The notes: a model not told the origin generated them from the letters alone. A DNA stretch of 64,000 nucleotides from Cenarchaeum sp. (GCA_965242695.1 CBDESU010000001.1:1504001-1568000), one strand, 5' to 3'; shown: positions 47,548 through 58,167, counted from the first letter of the stretch. Numbers and translations: made by a program.

Positions 47548-50500
47548 CTACCAGTCGCACGAGGCCGTGTACTCTATGGACTGAGACATCTCGCCCATGC
47601 CGTCAAGCGACTGCACCGCCCTGAGGTTGAGGCGGAGCAGGAGGCCCGCCTCGGCGGCCGGCTCGAGCCCCCGCGCGACCAGGGTCGGCTTTGACGGATC
47701 GCCCGACACGGCGGCAAACCTGGCCGCCGGGGCCGACAGCTCGTCGACGTACTCGGTCAGCGTCGCCGGGAGGGCCGGCACGGCGCCGCCCGTCCCCGTG
47801 TCCCACTCGCCCGGGCCGAGCGCGACGCGCGCGAGATCCAGCGTGCCCGTGTTGGCCATGGACTGGCGCACCGGACTCGATGCGGCGCGCGCCTTGACGG
47901 GGCCAAAGTCCAGGTCGGGGCTTGCAAGGGACATGGAGCACGTGTCGATGCCGCGCTCGGCGTGCGCGCGAAGCCATGCGCCGGTCTCGGCATCCATCCT
48001 CCACACGTCGTACGTGATGGGCAGGCCCAGGTAGCCCGTCGCCGCATCGAGCCGCACGTTTCCGAGCGCGCCAGCGTACGCCAGGGCCGCATCGCCCATG
48101 TGCCGCGATATCTCGGTCGCGGACGGGGCTGATGCGGAGGCGTTCGTTCCGTTCGCGCCCTCCGCCCGCTCGGCGGCAAGCGCCGCGGCCCGCCCGACCA
48201 CCTGCACCGCATCGTACGCCGAGTACGCCCTGGCCGCCCCGCCCTGGCCGGGGCCGACAAGGGCATCGACGCGGAGGGCGGCGGGGGTAGCCGCATACCC
48301 CTCTATGGAAGAGCCCGCCGCGGCCCCGGCCCCGATCCCTCCGCCCCCTACGCCGAACGCGACCGCATCAAGGCCCGTCGATGCCGCCAGCGCCGCGGCC
48401 GCCGGCGAGGCCTCGACGAGCGGCGAGGCGGCCACGCCGCCGGCCGCAAGCCATCTCGTGCCCGACAGGGACGGCAGGCCGCCCGGCGCCGACGCGGCGG
48501 CCTCGGCGATCTTTACGTACTCTGCGGCGGACCCGAGGTACAGCACGGCGACTCGGTTGTCGCCGACCTGCCCCTTTAGCAGGGCCAGGTTCAGGTCGAG
48601 GTCGGGCGCGTCCGCGGCCCATCCGGCGTGCGGGGCGGTAAAGTTGAACTCGGCCCGCCTCGTGCGGTCGTAGTTTAGCGCGCCCGCGTCGAATCCGTTG
48701 ACGATGCCGCCGGCGTCGCGCAGGTGCCCGAGTACGATCCCGTACAGCCCGTGCGAGAACGGCGCGGCGCCGGACCTTGCCGGCGCCGGCTCGCCGAACG
48801 CGTCGGACTGGATTATGGGAAACAGCACGTCGATCTCGGGGCCGATCGCCGCCGAGAGCGCGTACGCGAGGTGCTCGCCGCCTGGCGCGAGGCGGTACAG
48901 CGTTTCGCCGCCGGCGTACCCCGCGGGCGGGGACGGCGCCGACGAGGCCGCGGTGGCGACGAGCACGGCGCCCATGCCGGCGGCATGCCCCAATACGGTC
49001 GAGTTTTGCAGCGGGCCGACGGGGGTGGCAAGGACCTCGTCGGGCAGGGTCGTCACGTACGCGGCCGGGCCGAGCCCTGCGCCGCGGCTCTCCCGCAGGG
49101 CCGCGATCGCCAGCGCCGCCCTGCGGTCGGCCCAGCCGCCGGACGCCTCGACATCGAGCGCGCCGGGCGCCTCGACAGCGGCAAGCGACAGGAACGGGCC
49201 GGCCGATGGCGCGCCGGCGCCCGGATCCCGGGCGGACGCCCGCTCCCTGTTGAAGTCGCACGCGGCCAGGGCGGCCGCCCTCGAGTCGGCATCCGTCGCG
49301 TTGGCCGCAAGCAGTCCGATGCCGACGAACGCGCCGGCGCCGCCGTTTACCGCCACGCTCCCCCCTGCAGCCGCAGCCGCGGCCGAGAACGAGCCGGGCC
49401 CTCCCGGCGCCGCCGGCATCGACAGATCGGCCCTGTTGCCGGCTGCATCGGTAATCGACGAGCCGCGCGAATCAAGGGGGTGCTCCGACGCGTAGTCGAG
49501 CTCCGGCGCAGACTCGCCGGGCAGGACCGTATACGAAAAGAGCAGCGAGGCCGTCCCCGATCCCGACCCGTACGCGGCAGTGCCGTTCCCCGGCCCGCAA
49601 AACTCGTCGGATGCGGGCGGTGCGCGCCCTTCGCCGCCGCCGGCGATTCCCAGGGCCAGGGTCGGCGGCAGGCCGGCCGATGCGCCCCCTGCCGCAGGGG
49701 GCGCCGCCCTCACGACCACCGGCTCGGTGAATGTCACGTTGGCGGCGATCTGCGAGTACGGGCCGAGCGTGTGCGCGGCGCCCCCCGCGGCGAGCGGCAT
49801 CGGCGCGGCGGCATCTCCGCCGAACATGCCAAACGACTCGACGGCAGGCGCCTCGGAGTCGAGCGATGCAAACGTGCGCACCGCTCCGCCGCCGCCTCCG
49901 GATGCGGCGCCTGCGGCCAGTATCGAGCCGTCGGGGGCCGCGCCGAGGCCGTACGGCGCGCCGTACGAGGCGGCATGCCTGGCGCCGTAGGGATCGGCCC
50001 CGCCGGTTCCGCCCCCGTCCCTGTCGAACTGCGAGACGGGCCGGCCCGCATAGTCGAATACCTGCACGCGGGGCCCGAATGCGGCCGAGCCTCCTGCATC
50101 GGCCACGATGATCCTGTCGCCGCCGTCTACCGCTACGGCCTCTGGCATGAACACGCCCCCGGCGCCGAGCCCGAAGGATGCGACCGTGCCGGCCGGGCCG
50201 CCCTGCGCGCCGCCCTCCCAAGAGCCGGCGCCAAACACTCGCACCGCATGCGCGCCGCGCTCGGCGACGACCAGGGACCCGTCGGACATGAACGCGGCAT
50301 CGACGGGATCGTCAAGGCCCGCTATGCGTCCGATCTGCGCGCCGTCCGCGGCGACCAGGCGGACCGATCCGGCCGAGGGGTCGGCGATTGCGGCCGTGCC
50401 GCCCGGGCCGACGGCGACTCCGGCCGGCCTCCCCGGGTCGCCGCCCTCGTAGAGGACGCCCGCGGAAGAGCCGTCGCCGGCAGACAGCATGCCTACCGCA

Positions 50501-51918
50501 ACGCCTCCCGAGCCGCCGCGGTGCGCGACGAGTACTCGGCCGGCATCGGCATCGACTGCGATGCCGGCGGGGCCAGGGACGGATCCCGACGTCCAGAGGT
50601 GCGGGCGCGCCCCCGACGGCGGGACGGGGCCATACGCGGATACCGTTCCTGCGGCCGCATCGGCCGCGTACGCGGCCCCGCCCGCTCCGGCGGCCGCATC
50701 GGCGGGTGCGAACGGAGGCGTTCCCGCCGCGCCCCCGGCAACCGTCGTGTGCATCGTGCCGTTGGGGTGCGCCAGCACCGCCCTCCCGTTGGCCGCGTCC
50801 GTGACCAGCAGGAGCCCGTCGCCGCGGGCCGCAACGGACAGGAGGCGCGGCGGCAGCGCGCCATCCGGCGCCGCGCCCTGCCGCGGCGAAAGCTGTACGG
50901 GCGCGCCGGCCGGCGCCCCCGACGAATCGTACGAGTGCAGCGCCCCCTGGAGGAGCGACGCCGCGTACAGGGCGCCGCTGCCCGGATCCACGGCCACGCC
51001 GTGCGGGCTGCCGCGCGCCCCGTCCAGTGGAGGCACGTCGATTCTGCGCGCGTATTCGCCGCCGGCGCCGAACACGTGCACGGCATCGGCGGCCGCATCC
51101 GCGACGTACACCTCGCCCGATGCGGCGCCGACCGCGACGCCGTGCGGCGCGAGCAGGCGGACCGCGGATCCCGCCCGCGGGATCGACTCTAGGTACTCCC
51201 CGCCTGCGCCGAACACGATCACGCGCCCCGCGTTTCGCTCGGCGACGTAGACGCGGCCGTCCGGGGCGGCAGCCGCGCCGGCCGGCCAGTCCATCGTACC
51301 CGCGCCGGCGCCGGGCGCGCGGGCGCTTTCCGGCACGCGCAGCTCGCCGGCCCGCTCGCCGCCGGGGCCGATCACCGCGACGCTCCCCGATGCAGGATCC
51401 GACACGAACAGGTGGCCCGTGCCGTTGACGGCAATTCCGTGCGGGGATCCCCGCACCGCGATGACCGCTTCCAGTGTCCCTAGGCCCGCCGGTCCCGAGC
51501 CGATCTCGAATGCAAGCACGCGCCCGCCGCCCCCGCTGCCGTTCCCTGCATCGACTACGAACATGTGGGTCGAGTTGGCGGCGGCCGCGCCGGGCGCAAG
51601 ATGGGATGACGCGGGGGCGGGGGCAGGGCTGCCGGCGCCCAGCACCGTCCCCTGCGGAACGGCAACGTGCGTTGCGGCCGGCGCAGGCGCGCCGCCTCCA
51701 TCCGCCCCGCCGCCGGCGGCAGCGGCCCACGCCGGCGGCAGCGGCGCGGCAATGAGGCCGGCCGAGGCGGCAGCGGCGGCGGCAAGCACGACGGCAAGCG
51801 GAATGCAGAGTGCGAAGGCGGAATGCGCGGCCGATGCCCTCCGCGCCGCCCCGGCCGGCAGCGCCCCGCCCCGGCCGCCTCCAATGCCGCCACGGCGCAG
51901 CCTGCCGCAACGGCCCAT
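47548..51918 (-). CDS. Large secreted NHL-repeat (beta-propeller) protein with periplasmic-binding-like and Ig-like domains
   Basis: Signal-like hydrophobic N-terminus, many P.G.AV...G.VYVAD....V.VF repeats, VTFTEPVVV/YGSGSGT..L.F.Y.V/ITDAAGN.A module and AYSAYDAV ligand-binding-type segment. Confidence 0.85.
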   Translation of the reverse strand: MGRCGRLRRGGIGGGRGGALPAGAARRASAAHSAFALCIPLAVVLAAAAAASAGLIAAPLPPAWAAAAGGGADGGGAPAPAATHVAVPQGTVLGAGSPAPAPASSHLAPGAAAANSTHMFVVDAGNGSGGGGRVLAFEIGSGPAGLGTLEAVIAVRGSPHGIAVNGTGHLFVSDPASGSVAVIGPGGERAGELRVPESARAPGAGAGTMDWPAGAAAAPDGRVYVAERNAGRVIVFGAGGEYLESIPRAGSAVRLLAPHGVAVGAASGEVYVADAAADAVHVFGAGGEYARRIDVPPLDGARGSPHGVAVDPGSGALYAASLLQGALHSYDSSGAPAGAPVQLSPRQGAAPDGALPPRLLSVAARGDGLLLVTDAANGRAVLAHPNGTMHTTVAGGAAGTPPFAPADAAAGAGGAAYAADAAAGTVSAYGPVPPSGARPHLWTSGSVPGPAGIAVDADAGRVLVAHRGGSGGVAVGMLSAGDGSSAGVLYEGGDPGRPAGVAVGPGGTAAIADPSAGSVRLVAADGAQIGRIAGLDDPVDAAFMSDGSLVVAERGAHAVRVFGAGSWEGGAQGGPAGTVASFGLGAGGVFMPEAVAVDGGDRIIVADAGGSAAFGPRVQVFDYAGRPVSQFDRDGGGTGGADPYGARHAASYGAPYGLGAAPDGSILAAGAASGGGGGAVRTFASLDSEAPAVESFGMFGGDAAAPMPLAAGGAAHTLGPYSQIAANVTFTEPVVVRAAPPAAGGASAGLPPTLALGIAGGGEGRAPPASDEFCGPGNGTAAYGSGSGTASLLFSYTVLPGESAPELDYASEHPLDSRGSSITDAAGNRADLSMPAAPGGPGSFSAAAAAAGGSVAVNGGAGAFVGIGLLAANATDADSRAAALAACDFNRERASARDPGAGAPSAGPFLSLAAVEAPGALDVEASGGWADRRAALAIAALRESRGAGLGPAAYVTTLPDEVLATPVGPLQNSTVLGHAAGMGAVLVATAASSAPSPPAGYAGGETLYRLAPGGEHLAYALSAAIGPEIDVLFPIIQSDAFGEPAPARSGAAPFSHGLYGIVLGHLRDAGGIVNGFDAGALNYDRTRRAEFNFTAPHAGWAADAPDLDLNLALLKGQVGDNRVAVLYLGSAAEYVKIAEAAASAPGGLPSLSGTRWLAAGGVAASPLVEASPAAAALAASTGLDAVAFGVGGGGIGAGAAAGSSIEGYAATPAALRVDALVGPGQGGAARAYSAYDAVQVVGRAAALAAERAEGANGTNASASAPSATEISRHMGDAALAYAGALGNVRLDAATGYLGLPITYDVWRMDAETGAWLRAHAERGIDTCSMSLASPDLDFGPVKARAASSPVRQSMANTGTLDLARVALGPGEWDTGTGGAVPALPATLTEYVDELSAPAARFAAVSGDPSKPTLVARGLEPAAEAGLLLRLNLRAVQSLDGMGEMSQSIEYTASCDW

Positions 51919-52299
51919 GCAGGGTCGCCGGATGCGATCGCTATAAGACTTGCAGGGCGCCCTGCGCCCCCGGCACGGGGCGGCGCGGCCCCGATGCCCG
52001 GCTCGCCACGCCTCCCGCTCCTGCGCCGCCGGCCGGCCGCGCGCCCGGGCCTGCAGCCCGCTGCGAACTGCGGCGCGGCGGCGCCGACACGCCGGCGCAG
52101 GCGCTGGGCGCGCCCCGAACAGGCCCCCCAAGTCCCGGCACGGGGCATTGTCGAGGGGCCGAGTGCCGCCCCGACCCCCGGCGCGGCCTTGCGGCACGGG
52201 TGGCGCCAGGGGGCGTCCGCCATCGGCACGCCTATGGCCATCCATTTTTTATATACAAAAATTCAATGTCTATATACCGCAAAAAAGCGGATGCGGACA

Positions 52300-53526
52300 A
52301 TGGCGCGCAAGAAGGGATGGCTTGGGAGGATATCCAAGTATCTTATCGGCGGCAACATGGCAATGATGTTTGACGTGTACTGCGACATGGAAGAGGACGT
52401 CGACAAGCCCTACAGGCCCATCGAGTGGTACTTTTCGATCGCGGGCACAACGTGCGTCGAGCTGCTCTACAGGCAGGTCGGCCAGCACAAGTTCGATCCG
52501 ACGGATCGCATGGACACTCCCGTCTACCTGCGCGTCACTGCCGCCGACCTCCCCGAGCTCGCAAAGACCATACCGTGCCTTGGCCCCGCGGACCTGATCT
52601 GGCTCGACAGGCCCGTGCAGGGGATCGACATTCGGCAGATCCAGTACGAGCTGAAGATGAGGAGCGTATTCAAGGACGACCCCGCCCTGCTCAACGGGAC
52701 GCGCAGGATGCACGACGTGCGCAACGGCCATGTGCACGGGGCAGGAACCCTGCGGTGCCCAAGGCGGATAATCCTGTGGGTTGTCCTGCGCCACATCGAA
52801 AAGAACCTTGTGCAGATACCGCCCCTTCTTGCCATGTTTAGGCTGCACGGCGGGCACAGGGCGGACCTGCGCGGCGACCACGATCTCGCCGCGGCCCGCT
52901 ATCGCGAGGCAATCGAAGAGGCGGACAGGTCGGAGGAGGATCCGTCAGCGCGGCACGTGATTGCGGGCAAGGCCTTCGAGGGGCTCGGAGAGTACGACAA
53001 TGCGGTCGAGAGGTACGAGAGGGCCGTCTCTGCCGACCCAGAAAATGCGAGTGCCCATGTCGCCATGGGCCAGATCCTTGCGCAGATGGGGCGCGGCATG
53101 GATGCGCTGGCAAGGTACGACAAGGCGGTCAAGGTCGAGCCGCGCCATGCAAACGCGCACATAGGCAGGGCCAAAATCCTGCTGCATCTTGGCCGCCCGG
53201 ACGAGGCGCTCAAGAGCTACCTGCTGGCCGCCGAGGCCGACCCGTCCGACGCCGGCGCGCACACCGCGGCCGGAAAGCTTCACGAGTCGCAGGGCCGCCC
53301 GGGCGAGGCGCTCAAGAGATACCTGCTGGCCGCCGAGGCCGACTCGTCCGACATCCGCTCGTACGTGGCGACCGGGGCATTCAACGAAGAGCGGGGCAAC
53401 CTTGCCGAGTCCATGCGAGACTACAGCGCGGCGGCCTCGCTCGCAGGGGGGCAGGAGGCGGCCAGCCGCGCACAAGCCAGGCCCTCAAGCGACAGGGGCG
53501 GCCGAGCGAAGCGGGCGGCATCATAA
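52300..53526 (+). CDS. TPR-repeat protein with N-terminal HEPN-like (RxxxxH) domain
   Basis: C-terminal TPR repeats. N-terminal helical domain with MHDVRNGHVHG. TATA-like tatata at ~52271. Confidence 0.75.
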   Translation: MARKKGWLGRISKYLIGGNMAMMFDVYCDMEEDVDKPYRPIEWYFSIAGTTCVELLYRQVGQHKFDPTDRMDTPVYLRVTAADLPELAKTIPCLGPADLIWLDRPVQGIDIRQIQYELKMRSVFKDDPALLNGTRRMHDVRNGHVHGAGTLRCPRRIILWVVLRHIEKNLVQIPPLLAMFRLHGGHRADLRGDHDLAAARYREAIEEADRSEEDPSARHVIAGKAFEGLGEYDNAVERYERAVSADPENASAHVAMGQILAQMGRGMDALARYDKAVKVEPRHANAHIGRAKILLHLGRPDEALKSYLLAAEADPSDAGAHTAAGKLHESQGRPGEALKRYLLAAEADSSDIRSYVATGAFNEERGNLAESMRDYSAAASLAGGQEAASRAQARPSSDRGGRAKRAAS

Positions 53527-53559
53527 GGCGTATTAAGCGCACAAGGGTGCGGCGGCACT

Positions 53560-53988
53560 ATGGGCGAAAGGAATGATGCCGCATATTCGGGGCCGCTCAG
53601 CCCCGAGGAAAAGGCCGAGTGCGACAGGGAGCTTGCCGAGATGCGGCGCAAGCTGTTTGAAGATCTGGACAAGTCGCTAGACGAGCGCATCCAGCAGACA
53701 ATCGACAGGACAATCGACAGGACAATCGACAGGACAATCGACAGGACAATCGACAGGACAATCGACAGGACCCTCTACGACTGCATCGACTTTGAAGCCC
53801 CTCCCGCCCTGGCCAAGGCGCTGCGCAGGGACTTTCCCAACTCGCCCCTGAACGATACGCGGCGCCCGCCGGCACGGCGGCCCGGCCTGCGGCGGCAGGC
53901 GCGTGACGGTTCGGCGCCGCAGGCAGTGGCAGCAGTCGACGTCGTGGCCGCCCGACAGCCGCGGCCCCAAGCGGCGCGGGGCGCATAG
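53560..53988 (+). CDS. Small unknown protein, paralog 1, with (TIDR)6 expansion
   Basis: Shares YSGPLSPEEKAECDRELAEM.RK.FEDLDK.LD with 54000..54245. Confidence 0.7.
   Translation: MGERNDAAYSGPLSPEEKAECDRELAEMRRKLFEDLDKSLDERIQQTIDRTIDRTIDRTIDRTIDRTIDRTLYDCIDFEAPPALAKALRRDFPNSPLNDTRRPPARRPGLRRQARDGSAPQAVAAVDVVAARQPRPQAARGA
53698..53769 (+). repeat. 12-bp coding tandem repeat acaatcgacagg x6
   Basis: Six perfect copies. Confidence 0.97.
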
Positions 53989-53999
53989 GTGGCGCCAAG

Positions 54000-54245
54000 A
54001 TGGCCGAAAGCGGCAGCGCCTCCTATTCGGGGCCGCTCAGCCCCGAGGAAAAGGCAGAGTGCGACAGGGAGCTTGCCGAGATGCACCGCAAGTTCTTTGA
54101 AGATCTTGACAAGGATCTTGACGACTGCGTCAGGGAGTGCACGGAGTGGAACTTTGAGAGGGAGTTTGAACTGCGCGCTATCGGCGGAATGTCCCCCGCC
54201 ATGGCCAAGCGGCTGCGCGGCAGGGTTCCCAAGCACGCCTCCTGA
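54000..54245 (+). CDS. Small unknown protein, paralog 2
   Basis: Tandem paralog of 53560..53988. Shared P..AK.LR..P tail. Confidence 0.7.
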   Translation: MAESGSASYSGPLSPEEKAECDRELAEMHRKFFEDLDKDLDDCVRECTEWNFEREFELRAIGGMSPAMAKRLRGRVPKHAS

Positions 54246-54679
54246 CTGCGTCCGACGCCGGCGCAGCGCGGGCAGCGTCCCGCAGGCTGCAGCTGCCATC
54301 GAGCCGGAATACCAGACTGCCGGCCGATCGCCGCCTCGAGTGGCGGCCGGCAACAGGCCGCGCTTTTGGGCAGGCCCCCCAGATGCCGGCGCCGCCGCAT
54401 CCGGCGGCGGGTGCGCGCCGGAGGAGGCGGCTCGGAACCGGTTCCGTGCGCGCCACCCCGCCTCCAGGTCGATCGCCTGCCCCGCACACCTGCCTGCCAG
54501 CCGCGGCGCAGGGCGCGCGGGGAAGGAGCACCGTCCAGGCGGCGGGCGGATCGACCGCATGGGCTGCGCGGCAGGCCGTCCCGGCCGGCAGCGCGGCAGT
54601 GCCGGCAGCGCGCCGCCGTCGGGCACCTCCCGGCGATCGCCCCGCCTACCATTAAATAGCGCCGCCCGAATGCGCCGCC

Positions 54680-55492
54680 GTGCTCCCGGCGCAGCAGGGC
54701 TACGACAGGGCCATTACGGTCTTCTCGCCCGACGGCAGGCTGTACCAGGTCGAGTATGCGATCGAGACCGTCCGCCGCGGCACGGCAGCCGTCGGCGTAA
54801 GGTGCGCCGGCGGGGTGGTGCTCGCCGGCGAGGAGAGGCACCGCAAGCTCCAGGTGGCCGACGTGCCGCAAAAGATGTTCCAGGTCGACGACCACCTCGG
54901 GGCCGTCGCGGCCGGCTACATACCGGACGCGCGCAGCCAGGTCGACAACGCCCGCTTCTTCTCGCAGAGCAACCGGCTCATCTACGACGAGCCCGTCGAG
55001 GCAGAGGCCGTGGCAAAGCACCTTGCCGACCAGTGCCAGCAGTTCACGCAGTACGCGGGCGTCCGGCCGCTCGGAGTCTCGCTCATACTCGGCGGGATCG
55101 ACTCTGGCGGCGAGCCGCGCATGTTCCTTACCGACCCGAGCGGGACGTACATACAGTACGACGCGATCGCGATCGGATCGGGCGCCGACAGGGCCTCGCC
55201 GTTCCTTGAAAAGTCGTACCGCGCCGACATGGATCTGGCCGAGGCGGCCGTGCTGGCGGCAGCCGGCATCCGCGCCGCCGGCAGCCAGTCGGGGGCGCCG
55301 CCCGAGAACTCGCGCGTGCGGCTGGCAAGGATACCGGCATCCACCGGGTCGTTCGAGTCCGTTCCCGACGAAGAGGCCGCCTCCACATACGAAGAGGCGG
55401 CCAAAAAGTACCCCCTCCCGGGCGATGCAAAGCGGGAGGAGGATGGCAGGAAGGGCCCCGAGGCCGCGCCGGATCCCGGCGACGGCCGCTGA
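54680..55492 (+). CDS. psmA: Proteasome alpha subunit
   Basis: GYDRAITVFSPDGRLYQVEYA, RPLGVSL and TDPSG motifs. Confidence 0.96.
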   Translation: MLPAQQGYDRAITVFSPDGRLYQVEYAIETVRRGTAAVGVRCAGGVVLAGEERHRKLQVADVPQKMFQVDDHLGAVAAGYIPDARSQVDNARFFSQSNRLIYDEPVEAEAVAKHLADQCQQFTQYAGVRPLGVSLILGGIDSGGEPRMFLTDPSGTYIQYDAIAIGSGADRASPFLEKSYRADMDLAEAAVLAAAGIRAAGSQSGAPPENSRVRLARIPASTGSFESVPDEEAASTYEEAAKKYPLPGDAKREEDGRKGPEAAPDPGDGR

Positions 55493-55592
55493 CCTGCGCC
55501 CGCCGCCGCCGGCATCCAGGCGCCTGCCGCCGATGCCGCATGTTGCCGCCCCTCCTGCACGCTTTATACGCGGCCCGCGGCGCGCGGACGCA

Positions 55593-56684
55593 GTGGCATC
55601 GGCGCAGGGCCGCGGGCGGGGCGGCAGAAAGGGAAGGGGGCGGCCGGAAAGGCCGCCGCGCCGCGACCGCGGCCCGGGCGCTCGGGCAGGCGGGAGGCGA
55701 ACGGGGCGCCGGGAGGTGCGCGGGCAGGCGGAAGGCGGGAAGCGCGCGGGCCCGAACGCGGCCCGCCGGCGCCCCGCCGCGGGCGGCAGGCGGGAGAAGC
55801 CGCGGCAGGGGGCGGCGCGGCCGGAGCGGCAGGATCGCGCCGCCGCGCGGCCCCCTCCCCCTCCCCCGGCCGCGCGCCTGGCGATAGCGATACCCGACTC
55901 GTGCCTTGCCGACGAGTCGACGCGGCTAGACAAGTCTCGCAAGATATCGTCGATCGCGCGCGCATGCGCCGTGTTCGGCGTCTCCGAGGTGTGCGTGTAC
56001 GAGGAGGGAGGGGCGCCGCCGGACCGCCGCCTGCTCTCGTCCGTCCTGCGGTACGCCGAGACGCCGCCGTTCCTGCGCCGCCGCCTGTACGGGATGGACG
56101 ACGACCTGCGGTACGCCGGCGCGCTCAAGCCGCTCAGGATACCGAGCCACTCGGCCCCGGCGGACCTGTCCATGGCAAGGCCCGGAGACGTGCGCGAGGG
56201 CGTCGTGCTCGCCGGGCGCGGCGAGCCGCGCGCGGACGTCGGCGCAGGCGAGCCGGTCGCGTACAGGGGAGGCGGGCGGCCGGGCGAGCGCGTCACGCTG
56301 CGGCTCGGCCGCTCCGCCGACGGGGCCCTCGAGTCGCGCGAGATCGGGCGCGACGAGGCCGGCGCGTACTGGGGGTACAGGGTGCGGGCGCGCGGCCCGC
56401 TCGCCCATCTGCTGTCGTCCTGGAAGGGTCGCATCATACTCACGTCGCGGCTCGGGCGGCCGGCCACGGCGGCCGACGTGCGCCTGCATGCGGCGCCCGG
56501 CGCCGAGCCGGCGCTCGTCGCGTTCGGCTCGACGGACCGGGGAATCCACGAGATACTCGGCGCATCGATCAGGACGGTCCAGAACGCGCGCACGCTCAAC
56601 TTCTTTCCGGGCCAGCAGACCGAGACCGTCCGCCTGGAAGAGGCCGTGATCGGCGTCCTGTCCGTCCTGCGGTCGGGCCTCTAG
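55593..56684 (+). CDS. SPOUT-class RNA methyltransferase (DUF171/Methyltrn_RNA_3) with basic N-terminal extension
   Basis: IAIPDS, IARAC.VFGV, ETPPFLRR, YWGY.V and N.FP.Q.T.TVRLEEA motifs. Confidence 0.9.
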   Translation: MASAQGRGRGGRKGRGRPERPPRRDRGPGARAGGRRTGRREVRGQAEGGKRAGPNAARRRPAAGGRREKPRQGAARPERQDRAAARPPPPPPAARLAIAIPDSCLADESTRLDKSRKISSIARACAVFGVSEVCVYEEGGAPPDRRLLSSVLRYAETPPFLRRRLYGMDDDLRYAGALKPLRIPSHSAPADLSMARPGDVREGVVLAGRGEPRADVGAGEPVAYRGGGRPGERVTLRLGRSADGALESREIGRDEAGAYWGYRVRARGPLAHLLSSWKGRIILTSRLGRPATAADVRLHAAPGAEPALVAFGSTDRGIHEILGASIRTVQNARTLNFFPGQQTETVRLEEAVIGVLSVLRSGL

Positions 56685-57198
56685 CGCCGCCCTGCCGTGA
56701 AGCCGGCCCGCGCCGGCGCAGGGCGCGGGAAGGCGCGGCCGCCGCGGCCCGCATCGCCGCGCCGGCAGGCCGCGAAAGCGCGGCGCGCAAGAGTCATAGG
56801 TGCCGTGCCAGGGCCGGTGCCGTGCCAGGGCCGGCAAAAAAGAGGCGGGCGAAAGAGCCCGGCGGGGGCGGCGAAGGGCGCCTGCACGGCCTGTACGAGC
56901 GCATAGAGCGCGCGCGGCCTGCCGCCCGAAGAGGCCGTCCGCATATGCAAGTCGATCGTAAACGACGCGATCCGCGACGCTGGGATGGACCCCGGAGACA
57001 TGGAGGGACCGAGGGGCGAGCGCTGGCGCCGGCGCCCCCATGGCGGTTCCCAAGGCAGATGAGATGGCCCGCAGCCCTCGACGCGCCTGCCGCGCACGCC
57101 CGTCCCGGCCGCACACGGAGGCGGCCGCGGGGGCCGCATGCGGCGCCGCCGGCGCGGCCGCGCGGTAGGTTTAACGGGGCCCCCGCGCAGGGCCCCGC

Positions 57199-58167
57199 AT
57201 GGGGACGGTGTTCGTGGCCGGCACGGAGATCGGCGTCGGAAAGACGGTCGTGGCCGGTGCGCTCGTCCACGCGGCCATCGCGGCCGGCGCCAGGCCCGCG
57301 TTCATCAAGCCGTTCGTCACGGACGACATGGAGGACATGCACGCCGTCCTCCTCGCATCCATAGGCGCGATGGGGCGGCCTGCCAAGGGAGTCGCCGTCT
57401 CCCCCGCGGCCTGCACGGCCGAGTACACCTTCAACTCGCAGGCCTCGCCGTACGCGGGGATGTCCGGATCGGGGGAAGGCGTCGACGTCGGCGCCGTCCT
57501 CGGCACGATCTCGGAGATGTGCGGCGACACGGGGACGGTCATAGTAGAGGGCAGCGGCGGCGTGATGACGCCCATACGCAGGGGCTACCACATGGCGGAC
57601 CTTATGGCCGACGCCGCAATGTCGCCCATAGTGGTCACGACAAACAGGATCGGCGCCCTCGGCCTGGCCGCAATGTCGGCCGAGGCGTGCAAGGAGCGCA
57701 GGGCGCCGCCGATCGGCTTTGTGGTAAACTGCATCGACCCCGACGGGTACGAGCCGGACCGGATCGCCGGCGACATAAGGGACGTTACGGGGGCGCCCGT
57801 GCTGGCGGTGCTCGGCATGCACGGGGAGCGCCCCGCGCAGGGGAGAAAGGGGAGCCTGTTCGGCTCGCTCCCCCCGGAAAAGGGCGCGGACGGCATGATC
57901 GAGGGCGGGTTCCTCGGGGCGCGCATGCCTGAGGGGGCGAAGAGATCCGCGGCCGCCGCCGGCGCGATCCACGAGGGCGGGCTGCTGAAGGGCATTGCGG
58001 ACGTGCTCCTGGCCGAGGAGGACCGTCGCGCGCAGGAGGTCAGGGACAGCGCCATAGAGAGGCGCAGGTGGCGGCTCGTCCCGGCCGCGGGAGGGGGCCG
58101 CGGCGGGGCCGGCGCGCAAAAGGGCGGGCGGAAGAAAAGGAAGAAGAGGGGGTCGGGGGCGCCATGA
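57199..58167 (+). CDS. bioD: Dethiobiotin synthase family, copy 1
   Basis: FVAGTEIGVGKT, KPF.T, ASPY, VEGSGG.MTP and FVVN motifs. Confidence 0.82.
   Translation: MGTVFVAGTEIGVGKTVVAGALVHAAIAAGARPAFIKPFVTDDMEDMHAVLLASIGAMGRPAKGVAVSPAACTAEYTFNSQASPYAGMSGSGEGVDVGAVLGTISEMCGDTGTVIVEGSGGVMTPIRRGYHMADLMADAAMSPIVVTTNRIGALGLAAMSAEACKERRAPPIGFVVNCIDPDGYEPDRIAGDIRDVTGAPVLAVLGMHGERPAQGRKGSLFGSLPPEKGADGMIEGGFLGARMPEGAKRSAAAAGAIHEGGLLKGIADVLLAEEDRRAQEVRDSAIERRRWRLVPAAGGGRGGAGAQKGGRKKRKKRGSGAP

Noticed and set aside
54023-56599. 858-aa - strand ORF
   Set aside because: Antisense shadow of psmA and the SPOUT methyltransferase.
56681-57139. 152-aa - strand ORF between the methyltransferase and bioD
   Set aside because: No motif, promoter or paralog support. 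Cannot be distinguished from a chance GC-rich ORF.
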